Source: Fibrobacteria bacterium (lineage in GTDB: Bacteria; Fibrobacterota; Chitinivibrionia; Chitinivibrionales; FEN-1185). From it: a stretch of 64,000 nt of DNA. Positions within the stretch are counted from its first letter, which is position 1. Each line of letters starts with the position of its first letter. The position numbers were made by a program, and so were the translations under genes. The notes beneath the pieces are model-generated. The model saw only the letters and a list, made by a program, of their open reading frames with translations, was not told where the DNA came from and made no database searches. The stretch spans positions 1 through 64,000 of the forward strand of contig JBBIGR010000007.1 in the NCBI GenBank assembly GCA_037447435.1. The letters run 5' to 3'. Positions 1 to 9,532 of the stretch are shown here, piece after piece.

Positions 1-58
1 ACGTTCTCCCATTTTGCCTCCGGAAACTGTAAACATATTTCCGGACTAGACCGATACC

Positions 59-493
59 ATGCTGAGGTTTAGCGACGTGCGCGAAACCCATGATATTGCG
101 TTTTGGGGTAACACCGTTGCCGTGGCGCATATGAAGGGCCTGGGTATTTACGATAAAGAAACAGGGCGGCATATCGCCGATTATGCGCCGGGAATGGTTT
201 GCTGGAGTTGCGCGACTTATGACTCCCTGCTTGTTGCAGGCGGCGTCGGGCGATGCCTGGTAATTTCGCCCCAAGGCGTTCATGAAATAAAATTCGGATC
301 GGTCAATGATATTCTGTGGGCGACCGCTCGTTTGCCGAACGATACCCTGGTCTTTGCAACGCAAAAGGGTCTGTTCCGCGCTCACATTTCGGATTCGGCG
401 GCAACGTTGTGGGGCTATAAGAATTTCTGCATCAAGTCGTTGTTTGTCGATAATGCGGGCAAATTATGGGTCGGGAAATACGATCACGGATAA
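59..493 (+). CDS. Short beta-propeller-like protein, possibly a fragment
   Basis: Propeller-blade-like motifs (IKSLFVDNAGKLWVG, LVFATQKGLF). No signal peptide; in-frame TAG at 47-49 just upstream. Confidence 0.45.
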   Translation: MLRFSDVRETHDIAFWGNTVAVAHMKGLGIYDKETGRHIADYAPGMVCWSCATYDSLLVAGGVGRCLVISPQGVHEIKFGSVNDILWATARLPNDTLVFATQKGLFRAHISDSAATLWGYKNFCIKSLFVDNAGKLWVGKYDHG

Positions 494-500
494 GGTGTTT

Positions 501-1016
501 TTATTTTGTCCGGCAATACTCCCGTAACGCATTGCGGGCGGAGACAAATGCTATTTGAGACAGGTCTATAGAATGCGGTTTCACGAACAAGATTTCGGAA
601 AGTTCGTCGTTTGCCCGCAGCGTCGCAATATTGGATGGTTTACAAATAAATATCGCGTCGATGGTAAAATATAAAACGTTTTTGAATTTATATTCGTTTG
701 GAAACGATCCGAAATATTTCACGCTCGACAATTCCAATGAAAGCTCCTCAGAAACTTCCCGTGCGACAGCGGATTCGAGCGACTCGTGATAATCCGAAAA
801 CCCGCCGGGCAGGTCCAAGCCGCCCTTTTTTGGACTGTGGTTTCTTCGGGCGAGAAGAATGCCCTGTTTCGTTTCGATGATCGCGGTCACTGCCGAAGCG
901 CAATTATGGAAATAGACATAGCCGCAGACCCGGCATTCCATGGCATTCTTTTGAAACACAGAAAGTTTATTTTCACCGCATTTTGGACAAAATTCAAACT
1001 TGGAATATCGCAGCAT
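501..1016 (-). CDS. NUDIX hydrolase with N-terminal zinc ribbon
   Basis: CPKCG...CRVCG zinc ribbon; Nudix box PGGFSDYHESLESAVAREVSEEL. Confidence 0.9.
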   Translation of the reverse strand: MLRYSKFEFCPKCGENKLSVFQKNAMECRVCGYVYFHNCASAVTAIIETKQGILLARRNHSPKKGGLDLPGGFSDYHESLESAVAREVSEELSLELSSVKYFGSFPNEYKFKNVLYFTIDAIFICKPSNIATLRANDELSEILFVKPHSIDLSQIAFVSARNALREYCRTK

Positions 1017-1097
1017 TTATTTTTTTTCTCCTGAAATCTCGTGATTGCCGATAGCGTGCTTTCAAAGTTACTGAAAACAAAATATATTTTAGATTAA

Positions 1098-1208
1098 TAC
1101 TAATCCGTTGCTTCGTAAGGGATAAGTTTATCTTATAGATTATCTACGCAAAAAGCACAGGACTATAGTGCCTTTATAACGAGTGCATAATTCTGATACA
1201 GGTACTAA
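1098..1208 (+). repeat. Structured intergenic element copy A, flanked by TACTAA direct repeats
   Basis: 1098-1156 aligns with the reverse complement of 15332-15391; TACTAA at 1098-1103 and 1203-1208. Confidence 0.75.
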
Positions 1209-1226
1209 AATTATACTGAGGAATAA

Positions 1227-2078
1227 ATGTCGGAAACACTTTCTGTAGAAATTGTCATTCCCAGCTACAAGCGGCTTTTCATTATTAGTGAAACGCTTAA
1301 GAATATCCGGCAATTATATCCGACGACAAAGATTTGTCTTGGTTTGCAGGGTGAAATGCCGGGTCCCGACATGGTGGCCGATTTTTCTAAGGATAAAAAT
1401 TTACGCGTTGAAGAAATTTCGCCGCCCAGTTCGACCATTGCGATGACGACTTGCATTAAAAGTTCCACGGCAGACATCATTCTTATTCTCGATGATGACG
1501 CGACCCCGTGTCACGGCTGGCTGGAAACGCATGTTGAGGCATTTATGCAGGACCCCGAATTGGCATATACGGGCGGAAGGGAAGTACGATTGGTAAAAGG
1601 CATACATGCTTTTTCCGATTTGATTCGCATTCTCACCGAATTGTTTTTCGGTCTTTTTTTGAACAGAAACAAAAAAATAAACGGCAGAATAGTGAGTTGG
1701 TTCAACGGTCTTGGTTTGTTTTTTGGAAACTTCGACATGCCCGGAACCTGTTTGATCAACAGCGCCCGCGGTTGCAATATGGCGCTGCGGCGCGATTCTT
1801 TTTTAGCAATTGGCGGCTTTTGTCCCGATATTATCGGCAACGGCTATTTGTTCGAGGTGGAATTCGGGCTTCGCCTTGCCAAACAGGGAAAATTGGGCAG
1901 ATATCTCGGCAGCGCCATCGTGATTCATCGCGAGGTTTCGACCGGCGGCAGCAGGACCGCAAACCGCTACAAATGGTTCCTTGATTTTCTACATAACCAC
2001 AAGCAGGTTATAAAACTGCTCGGTCCGCAAGCATGGATAGGATCCCTGCCCCGCCTTGTCAAACGATTACTGTTTTAA
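1227..2078 (+). CDS. Glycosyltransferase family 2
   Basis: SVEIVIPSYKR N-terminus, ILILDDD DxD motif, GCNMALRR..IGGF; GAGGA SD. Confidence 0.9.
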   Translation: MSETLSVEIVIPSYKRLFIISETLKNIRQLYPTTKICLGLQGEMPGPDMVADFSKDKNLRVEEISPPSSTIAMTTCIKSSTADIILILDDDATPCHGWLETHVEAFMQDPELAYTGGREVRLVKGIHAFSDLIRILTELFFGLFLNRNKKINGRIVSWFNGLGLFFGNFDMPGTCLINSARGCNMALRRDSFLAIGGFCPDIIGNGYLFEVEFGLRLAKQGKLGRYLGSAIVIHREVSTGGSRTANRYKWFLDFLHNHKQVIKLLGPQAWIGSLPRLVKRLLF

Positions 2079-2087
2079 TACACGGGA

Positions 2088-2381
2088 TTATTGCTGTGCG
2101 CCGAGAATGGTGAACACGTTTGACAGCTTCGTGCTGTCGAGCATTTCCTTGAGAATGAAATCGGGCCGAAAAAGAATGAGCTTTTTCCCGCACGCCTCGG
2201 CTTTGCGGTGATAGGTGAGCAAAAATTTAAGACCGTATGAATCGCAAAGCCGTACATTTTCCATGTCGAACATGATAGTGTCGGCATCGGCATTTTCGAA
2301 TAACTTGTCTAAAGCTATCCGAAAGGCGTCGGCATTGCCGAACGAGAGCTTTTCCCCGAATTTATACGTTATCACGGACAT
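2088..2381 (-). CDS. STAS-domain anti-sigma factor antagonist
   Basis: FDMENVRLCDSYGL matches the STAS D-x-S-x-G phosphoacceptor motif; 97 aa. Confidence 0.85.
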   Translation of the reverse strand: MSVITYKFGEKLSFGNADAFRIALDKLFENADADTIMFDMENVRLCDSYGLKFLLTYHRKAEACGKKLILFRPDFILKEMLDSTKLSNVFTILGAQQ

Positions 2382-2455
2382 CGGTTTATTATCCTTTTTA
2401 AAGGCGGCCGCATGGAGTTGTCTGCGGCCGCCGCAATGCTTTTACGTGCCGAATT

Positions 2456-5400
2456 TCAGTATACGTCCAGATAAACTTCACCGATAAGACCGGACGGACG
2501 GTTGTTCATCCGTATCATATTGTCTATGGTATTGACAATACTGATTGAAAGTTCGTTACGTTTTGTCGAAACAATGTCGGTAATGTCGATTTCCATGGGA
2601 TGCCAGTTGAACGTGTCAAGTTGCGTTTCGTTGAGCGCTATCGACGTCGTGCCCGAAACCTGAGAAAGCTTCAGGACAAGCCTGTTGTAGTCGCTCGGGA
2701 TTTCGAAAACCTGGGAATATGTTCCGCAACCGCTCATATAGGGGAACCCGTATTTGGTCCAGGAGTCGTGGCTGACCATCGGCATGGCAGTGTCGATTAT
2801 CCAGCCGTTTGAACCCTTGACAATAACGAAGTTGCCCGCAATAAGCGGCGGGTACGTAAGCGCCATCGGATCGAAAACCAAACCGAGGGTACGAAGAGAA
2901 ATCCTGTTAAGGCCCTTACGAACCGAATCTTTAATGTTGAATGTAAGTACGTTTTTCGAAAACAAGTCGAGACACGGTTTGGTGTGCAGGCTTTGCTGGG
3001 CATCGGTTGGGTTCGTACCGTCTTGCGGCTGTTGCGCGACATGGCCCGGGAAAAGCGTAAAAAGCTTTTGCGCGTCGCAAAACGCGGCTTCGGTTACGCG
3101 CATTCCATTGACGTTCAGTTCGATCGATTTCTCGTTTTTCGATGCCGACAACGTCGCGCCGTTTAAACCGAACAACGAAAGAACCATGACTTCGGGCGCA
3201 TCTTTGACCTCGAAATAGGTCTCATAAAAATGGGAAAACCCGCCGTATTCGCGGGAAAGCCCGATTCGCGTGTTCCATGCCGCAAGCGGCAATACGTTGA
3301 GCGATTTCGGGGTAAACTGCCATTGATCTTTGAGCACGATGCGATAATTGCGTTGCAAGGTACCCGTCACGTTTATGACGGGCTTTTTGTTTTTTGCCGG
3401 CACCGTGGCGGTTTGTTTTTGATTGCACCCGATGATAAAGTATGCCTGACGCGGAGCGACGTTCAGGTTGATACGGCAAAAAGCGTCTTTTCTCTGTACG
3501 TCGAGAATCTCGTGAAGGTCGCCGTTGGAACAATCGGACAAGTAGAAATACTTTTCTTCGGGCAATTCGATTGTCGCAAAATAATCGAGAGAATCCGATT
3601 TGTTGATTACGGTGAATACCGATTGAGCGCTTGAGCTGCCGACGGAAATTGAAACGTCGGCGCATTTTTTTCCTTGAACGGTCACCGATGCCGCAGGCTT
3701 TATATGAGCCAGGCAGGCTTCTAAGTCTTTGGCGGGCGTAACGGCAATGGTACCGGTACGGGAACGCATGAGCTTTGCAACGCGCGACGTGAAAGACGGC
3801 GTTATGCCTTCGTCGATATTGCCTTGCGGCGCCTCATCGATGAAGATAATGGTGCCTTTTTTAACGGCCATTCTTTCCAGATACACGAACAGGTTTTTGC
3901 TTGCCATCCGACAATAGGGAATAACGAGCGCCTGATAATTTCCTTTGCGTGACTTGTTCTGATTATTGAATTGCCCTTCGGGATACAGGGTGCAGGACAA
4001 TAACATTTCTTCGGTGATGATATCGAATTCGAGGTTAAGAGAAAAGAGCTCGTTCATGGTTTTGTGTACGGAAAGCATTGCTTTGCGAACCGCCTCGTCG
4101 TTTGAGACGAGGAAATCGGTCATCACCGATTGCGACGGCAAAAGTATCGCAACCTGACGGGATAATTGAAGCGGCGCGACCAGTTTTTTCACGCGTGCGG
4201 CGTAATCGCAAAGGTCTTTTAATTTTTCCTTGCCCGGAGCATACCATGAAGGATTGCACGGCGTTTTAATATAGCTCTTATGATCGATATTGAAAAAGCA
4301 TCCGTCGAGAATGATGCGGCTGGGGCCGGCAAGAGTGCTGATGTCTATTTCACTTTTAAGACTTTGCAGGCTTGCGGCATTGCCGACGCGGTTTCGGCCG
4401 ATGACCGTAATGGTTTCACGTTTGAATTCGCGGGTATTGGCATCGGCCATGGCCCGTACCATCGCGGCATTTTCTTCGGAGCCTTCCTGGTTTTGTATGC
4501 CGACAACAGGGAAACTTTGTTCAGGTATGGTCATGACGTCGCGAAGCATGGTGGTTGATTTGTTTATCGGCCGTTCCGGGCAAAGGACCCAATTTGACAA
4601 ACGATATTTCTTGCACCATTTGTCGAGTGCCATGGTAAAGCGCTCATGCATGGAATGCAAAAGGAAAGAGTAAATGTGCGCCCGGTTTTTGACTTCCAGG
4701 GCCTCGGTGGCGAAAAACAGGCTCGGTAAACCGCTGAGAAGGTCTTTCTTATATTTGGAACGGTATTTTACGATTAAATCATCATCCCACGGAATCCCGT
4801 TTTCGGAAGGCAAATATGCCGGCAATTCGGATATAAATCCTTCGAATGTCGCGGGAATGAATTTTGAGAAGTTTTTATGAAATGTTTCCCAAACCAAATC
4901 CGTGTATAAACGCGCGGTTTGTTCCCGGTACACATTGGGAACATAGCAGCCCAATGGATCGGTCGCATCCTTTTTCCGAAATACCATGAATTGATGTTCG
5001 CCCGCCTGGCCTTTCCAGGATACCACAGGATTATCATTGTTTGAAAACGTTATGGTTTTAAGCTTGGAACAGAATACTTTCTCGTTTTCGATTTTTGCAA
5101 TTTGAACAATCGCATTGACCGGGTCGATGATTGTTTTCTCGAAATTTTCTTTTTCAGGAATAATTTGCGAAAATTCCAAAGACAAATACTGGCCGCGAAC
5201 TGAACGATTTTTCTGCGCCAATGATTCAAAAGCACTGTCGACGGGCATTGAAAAATCTTCGGCAAGCCGAATACCGATTTTTTCTTTTTGTGCGATATGC
5301 AGAACTTCATGAAAAAGTTCGAAAAACTCTTCAGATAGGAAAGCCGGTGTCATGTCTCTACCGATTTTAATCGCCACACCGCTGAAATGTTGTTCAATGA

Positions 5401-5650
5401 AAAAGTACAACTGTTTAATTAGCTCTTCTTTGGTAATTGCAAGGTTCCAAATCCAAATGACCCAAGGTCTGAATTCTTTATTAGGGGTCTGTATTTGTTT
5501 GGATGACGCACTCGTGGTTGACTTGGCTGCTTCGACATGAGTTGCAGGAGCAGGCTTTTGGGGGCTGAGGTTTTCGATAGGTTTGGTCTCAGCTTTTTTT
5601 GCAGCTGTTGTTGGTTTTGCTGCCTTTTTCTCAGTTTTTTTCAAGGTCAC
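2456..5650 (-). CDS. Large GH106/GH2-sugar-binding-like protein, apparently degenerate, with Lys/Ala-rich N-terminal tail
   Basis: FRPWVIWIWN, YLSEE-like FLSEEFF, IPWDDDL, SWTKYGFPYMSGCGTY, PSGLIGEV resemble the GH106 architecture. GTG start with AAGGAG SD. Confidence 0.7.
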   Translation of the reverse strand: MTLKKTEKKAAKPTTAAKKAETKPIENLSPQKPAPATHVEAAKSTTSASSKQIQTPNKEFRPWVIWIWNLAITKEELIKQLYFFIEQHFSGVAIKIGRDMTPAFLSEEFFELFHEVLHIAQKEKIGIRLAEDFSMPVDSAFESLAQKNRSVRGQYLSLEFSQIIPEKENFEKTIIDPVNAIVQIAKIENEKVFCSKLKTITFSNNDNPVVSWKGQAGEHQFMVFRKKDATDPLGCYVPNVYREQTARLYTDLVWETFHKNFSKFIPATFEGFISELPAYLPSENGIPWDDDLIVKYRSKYKKDLLSGLPSLFFATEALEVKNRAHIYSFLLHSMHERFTMALDKWCKKYRLSNWVLCPERPINKSTTMLRDVMTIPEQSFPVVGIQNQEGSEENAAMVRAMADANTREFKRETITVIGRNRVGNAASLQSLKSEIDISTLAGPSRIILDGCFFNIDHKSYIKTPCNPSWYAPGKEKLKDLCDYAARVKKLVAPLQLSRQVAILLPSQSVMTDFLVSNDEAVRKAMLSVHKTMNELFSLNLEFDIITEEMLLSCTLYPEGQFNNQNKSRKGNYQALVIPYCRMASKNLFVYLERMAVKKGTIIFIDEAPQGNIDEGITPSFTSRVAKLMRSRTGTIAVTPAKDLEACLAHIKPAASVTVQGKKCADVSISVGSSSAQSVFTVINKSDSLDYFATIELPEEKYFYLSDCSNGDLHEILDVQRKDAFCRINLNVAPRQAYFIIGCNQKQTATVPAKNKKPVINVTGTLQRNYRIVLKDQWQFTPKSLNVLPLAAWNTRIGLSREYGGFSHFYETYFEVKDAPEVMVLSLFGLNGATLSASKNEKSIELNVNGMRVTEAAFCDAQKLFTLFPGHVAQQPQDGTNPTDAQQSLHTKPCLDLFSKNVLTFNIKDSVRKGLNRISLRTLGLVFDPMALTYPPLIAGNFVIVKGSNGWIIDTAMPMVSHDSWTKYGFPYMSGCGTYSQVFEIPSDYNRLVLKLSQVSGTTSIALNETQLDTFNWHPMEIDITDIVSTKRNELSISIVNTIDNMIRMNNRPSGLIGEVYLDVY

Positions 5651-6033
5651 TCTCCTTATTGAATTGTCCTGAAAACAATTTTGCTTTCAGGTGAATTATC
5701 AAAGCTTTAAAAGGGTTAAATGTACAATATATATATGCGCATTTCATCCGTCAAGGAATTTATATTCTGATGCCAAAGGCAAAAATGTTGTAACATATTA
5801 ATTAATAATTAGTTATAAATAAAATTGAAAATTTAATTTTTTTCAAGAAATTATCAACCGGACGGATATTAAAAATAAATGGTTGTTGGACTTTATTGTT
5901 TATTTATAAAATTGGATTTATATAATATGTTTAATAAGCTATATATTGAAAAAGGCGTATTGTTTGTGTCGTCCGATATTTCGGTGGGATAAAAAGGGTA
6001 TTAAAAATGAAGAAAGGGACAAAACACAGGCTT

Positions 6034-7389
6034 TTAATGACCGTGGCAATCGCATTGGTCTGAATGCGGGTGATTTTCGTCATTGCAGTTGCACGAAGAC
6101 GAATTTTGCGCTTCCGCCTCATCCGGATCAAAGGGGTATGGACTCAGAATCCACCCTTGTGCTCCATAGCCGCTGTTATTTCCAAAATCATTTTGCATCC
6201 TGTCTGAAAATTCCACCGGCATCGAGGCAACGCCTTCTACAGCTGTATTTAATCGGATTGCGGCAATATTATCGACAATGCAATTACATTGGGGCGACGT
6301 TTTGTTATTGTGCTGAGCGTTTTTTATTTCGTACGGTTTATCGGAACCGGCAAAAAGATTGTGCTGAATAATTGCACAGGTATTTTCTTCAATGGAAATA
6401 ATAGCTTTTTCCTTGTGCATCGAAACAAAGGTATTGCTCTCAACAATGACATTTTGTGTCTTGGGACCTTGCGAGCCGGACCTGTTCAAAATTAAAACAG
6501 CTTCATGCGAAGGATTGATAATGCAATTATTTGAAACCGAATGACCGAGTCCGCCGATTCTGACACCGATACCGCAATTTTGTATACGGTTATCCTCTAA
6601 AAGGGAACCTATCCCGGTAACGATTGAGACCGCATGGGTAGGACAGTTACTAATGGTATTGCCTTTAACCAGCGTGTCGCCGCATTTCACCATTATTCCT
6701 TCGAATGTGCAATTATGTACCGAGTTATAAGAAATTTGATGTCCATAAAGCCGGTCGGTGTTGTCGTCGGAGCCCACCAAAATGCCATAATCGTAATTTT
6801 TAAACGTGTTTTTACTGATAATATGATTCAGTATTGGTTTGCCTTGTTGCGTATCGCCTTCGGAAATCATGAGTCCGACCGCGAGATTCTCGGCTTTTTC
6901 CTTGATACGGGTTGCCGACGTATTTCGTGCGAAAAGACAATTTTCGACCACATTGCATTGTGCGCCGCTGCCGCCGAAAAACATGGTGCTGGCAGCCTGC
7001 TCTTTTGCGCAGCAGTTGATGAAGTGGAGGAATTCGAATTTGTTCCGTTCGCATTCGCCCATGACGGCTATGCTGCCGAGCGGCGAATCCTTAAAAGTCA
7101 ACCCGGAAATGATCATGTCGGAAACGTCGTACAGATACCAGCATGCATCCTTGATTATCGCGGTACCCTCTTGCTGGACCGCAATCCGTATCGGTTTTTC
7201 CATGCTCCCGCTCGTTTGAACGGTAATGTCGCCGATGTATTCTCCGGGAAGCAAAACAACGGTTTGTCCTGGTTCCACTTTGGCTAGTGCCGAGGCAATA
7301 CCGTCGAAGGGGTTTTGAAAAGATCCGTCGCCCGGGGTTTCCCGGGAAGCGGATACCCAGAGAAATCGGGGATCGTTTGTAGGATACAT
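6034..7389 (-). CDS. Right-handed parallel beta-helix protein (DUF1565/chondroitinase-B-like N-terminus)
   Basis: GDGSFQNPFDGI...PGQTVVLLPGEY, repeated N-x-I/V-x-x-N rungs; Cys/His-rich C-terminal tail. Confidence 0.8.
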   Translation of the reverse strand: MYPTNDPRFLWVSASRETPGDGSFQNPFDGIASALAKVEPGQTVVLLPGEYIGDITVQTSGSMEKPIRIAVQQEGTAIIKDACWYLYDVSDMIISGLTFKDSPLGSIAVMGECERNKFEFLHFINCCAKEQAASTMFFGGSGAQCNVVENCLFARNTSATRIKEKAENLAVGLMISEGDTQQGKPILNHIISKNTFKNYDYGILVGSDDNTDRLYGHQISYNSVHNCTFEGIMVKCGDTLVKGNTISNCPTHAVSIVTGIGSLLEDNRIQNCGIGVRIGGLGHSVSNNCIINPSHEAVLILNRSGSQGPKTQNVIVESNTFVSMHKEKAIISIEENTCAIIQHNLFAGSDKPYEIKNAQHNNKTSPQCNCIVDNIAAIRLNTAVEGVASMPVEFSDRMQNDFGNNSGYGAQGWILSPYPFDPDEAEAQNSSSCNCNDENHPHSDQCDCHGH

Positions 7390-7396
7390 AATGGGA

Positions 7397-7774
7397 TTAT
7401 TTCTTTTTCTCGTCTTCTTTTTCGTCGTCTTTGTCTTTATTCATGAAAGAGGAGACTTTTTTAATGAGTTCGGGAGCAAGGCTCAGGATTTTTCCCAAAC
7501 CGATATCGGACTTTGAAATAGGGAGGACCTGAACTTTGTTGTCGACGATGGTAATAAACGCGACCGGCGTGATATTGACGCCGCCCCCGGTTCCCGCGCC
7601 GGATCCTGCCTTTTGATCATTGCCCGCGCCGCCGGCGGCAAAACCTATGGAAACTTTGGAAACGGGAATGAGAGTGACGTTTCCCGCGGTTATGGGCTCA
7701 CCGACGATTGTTTCCGTTTTTGCAATGACCTGAATTTGGTCCATCGCGGCTTTAATTACATCAGTAATGTTCAT
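7397..7774 (-). CDS. ytfJ: YtfJ/GerW family protein
   Basis: TIVGEPI..TLIPVSKVSIGFAAGG..GGGVNITPVAFI family signature. Confidence 0.9.
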   Translation of the reverse strand: MNITDVIKAAMDQIQVIAKTETIVGEPITAGNVTLIPVSKVSIGFAAGGAGNDQKAGSGAGTGGGVNITPVAFITIVDNKVQVLPISKSDIGLGKILSLAPELIKKVSSFMNKDKDDEKEDEKKK

Positions 7775-7845
7775 GACCTGCTCCTTATTTATATTGAGAA
7801 ATTATGTTTTGCGCACAAAGCCAAAAACAAAAACTCAAAATGGGC

Positions 7846-8670
7846 ATGCGACAGGTCTTGCTGGTCCTGGGATTTTCGCTGTCGTGCTGTTTTTTCGCAA
7901 AATCCGAGACCGTCCGGATCAATGAGATTTTCCCCCGCGCGCAAAATTCCCCCGAATGGTTTGAATTGTATAACGGTTCCGCGGCAGAAGTAAACGTACG
8001 CGGCTGGCATGTGGGAAAAAACGACGATTCTTCCGTTGTTGCATTGACAGATATGATAATTAAACCCGGCGGTTATCTTGTTTGTACCAAAGATATCGCC
8101 GCGTTTTCAACGGTGTTTCCCGGCGTGCAAAACGCCGTGCAATTGCCGCATTGGTATACTTTGGATAATTACCACGACACGGTCGTGTTGTGGGACGCAA
8201 ACGCCCTCCCCTGTGACAGCGTTGCCTGGGATTCGAAATGGTTTTCATCGTGGACGACGCAAAGCATTAGCCGTGTCTCCGACGCTATGAACGGTATGGA
8301 CAAACGCTCCTGGGTTATAGCGGGAAATCCGTCGCCGGGAAAACAAAATCCTGAAAAGGCATGGCATGGAGCGGATATTTTTACTCTGGACATAGGGCCG
8401 ATACCGTTTACGCCAAACGGCGACGGAAAAGATGACTATTTGTCAATAGACCTTGCGTTGCCTGCCGGGGCCACGGCCTCGATATCGATTTACGGTTTCG
8501 ACGGGAAAAAATATTACGATATCGCAGACGCATTGTCGCCGCATATCCTGTGGAACGGAAATGCGAGTTCCGGGGCGAAAATGCCGTGCGGCCCGTTTTT
8601 CGTTGTTGAGGAAATCGACAATAACGGCGCGAAGTCTGTTTTGCGCAAAAAAGGCGTTTTATGGCGATAA
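7846..8670 (+). CDS. Secreted lamin-tail-domain protein with type B-like T9SS (gliding-associated) C-terminal domain
   Basis: Signal peptide; VRINEIF..EWFELYN lamin tail motif; PFTPNGDGKDD C-terminal motif. Confidence 0.75.
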   Translation: MRQVLLVLGFSLSCCFFAKSETVRINEIFPRAQNSPEWFELYNGSAAEVNVRGWHVGKNDDSSVVALTDMIIKPGGYLVCTKDIAAFSTVFPGVQNAVQLPHWYTLDNYHDTVVLWDANALPCDSVAWDSKWFSSWTTQSISRVSDAMNGMDKRSWVIAGNPSPGKQNPEKAWHGADIFTLDIGPIPFTPNGDGKDDYLSIDLALPAGATASISIYGFDGKKYYDIADALSPHILWNGNASSGAKMPCGPFFVVEEIDNNGAKSVLRKKGVLWR

Positions 8671-9524
8671 AACGGGAGGTGCTGACTGTCTTTTGCCTGC
8701 TTTGCATGTGGGAGCCGTGTTCCGTTTTTTGCGCGACACGCGAACCGTTTCGCATGGGATTTTGCATGGCGGGTAACGGCGCGATCGTGGAACGAGACGG
8801 CGTAACGGGAAGGGATCCGTTTACGAGTGCGAGCTTCTACGGCGACACGTTTTCGTACGGGCTGTGCGTCGCAGGAGTGGAGTACTTTGACGGAATGGAC
8901 AATATGTCGGCGCTGCATATCGCGCAGGCCGGGCTGGGCGGTTTTTATTCGAAAAACGGTTTTTCGCTTAAGGCGGCATTCAGCCATTTCGATGCCCTCA
9001 GGGTATATTACGAACAGAACGGGTTTTTGTCGCTGGGATACGATAGGCTGCCTTTATTGAAGGCGTCTTTGGAGTTATGCGGGGGTCGCGCAGGGGTGTT
9101 CTCTAATGACAATATTGCGCCGCAAACCAGATTGGAAAGCGGCGTTTCGGCAGTGGTGCCATTTTCCATTGGGTCGGTCACCTGCGTCGTGTCCCACATT
9201 CCGCTGAAGCAGGCGCATTCCGAAGGGTATTATTCGCCGTTGTCAATTGCCGTCGGGGCGCATTCCGTAAAGAATTCCCTGGGAGCCCAAGGGTTTGTCG
9301 TGGAAATCCAAAACGATTACGGGTGGCAATTTCGGGCCATAATAGCCGAGGAATACCGGCTCGCCAAAAACTGCGGCGTTTCGTTATCGATTTCCACAAA
9401 TCCCGTACTTATCAATTTCGGCTTTGTGTATGAAATGGGGCAATCCGCAATCGCTGCTGCATTTTCGGACCATGCCGTTTTAGGATGGTCGAAAGGCTTG
9501 GCCCTTTGCTTTGCCGGCAAATAA
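8661..9524 (+). CDS. Putative outer-membrane beta-barrel (PorP/PorV-like)
   Basis: Overlaps the upstream stop; signal-like N-terminus, alternating beta strands, C-terminal HAVLGWSKGLALCF. Confidence 0.55.
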   Translation: MAIKREVLTVFCLLCMWEPCSVFCATREPFRMGFCMAGNGAIVERDGVTGRDPFTSASFYGDTFSYGLCVAGVEYFDGMDNMSALHIAQAGLGGFYSKNGFSLKAAFSHFDALRVYYEQNGFLSLGYDRLPLLKASLELCGGRAGVFSNDNIAPQTRLESGVSAVVPFSIGSVTCVVSHIPLKQAHSEGYYSPLSIAVGAHSVKNSLGAQGFVVEIQNDYGWQFRAIIAEEYRLAKNCGVSLSISTNPVLINFGFVYEMGQSAIAAAFSDHAVLGWSKGLALCFAGK

Positions 9525-9532
9525 CGGTTGTT

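Noticed and set aside
2..58. In-frame TAG at 47-49 before the first ORF (possible readthrough or pyrrolysine)
   Set aside because: Single instance at the window edge, no pyl genes here, and TAG acts as a normal stop elsewhere (e.g. 24176, 29716).
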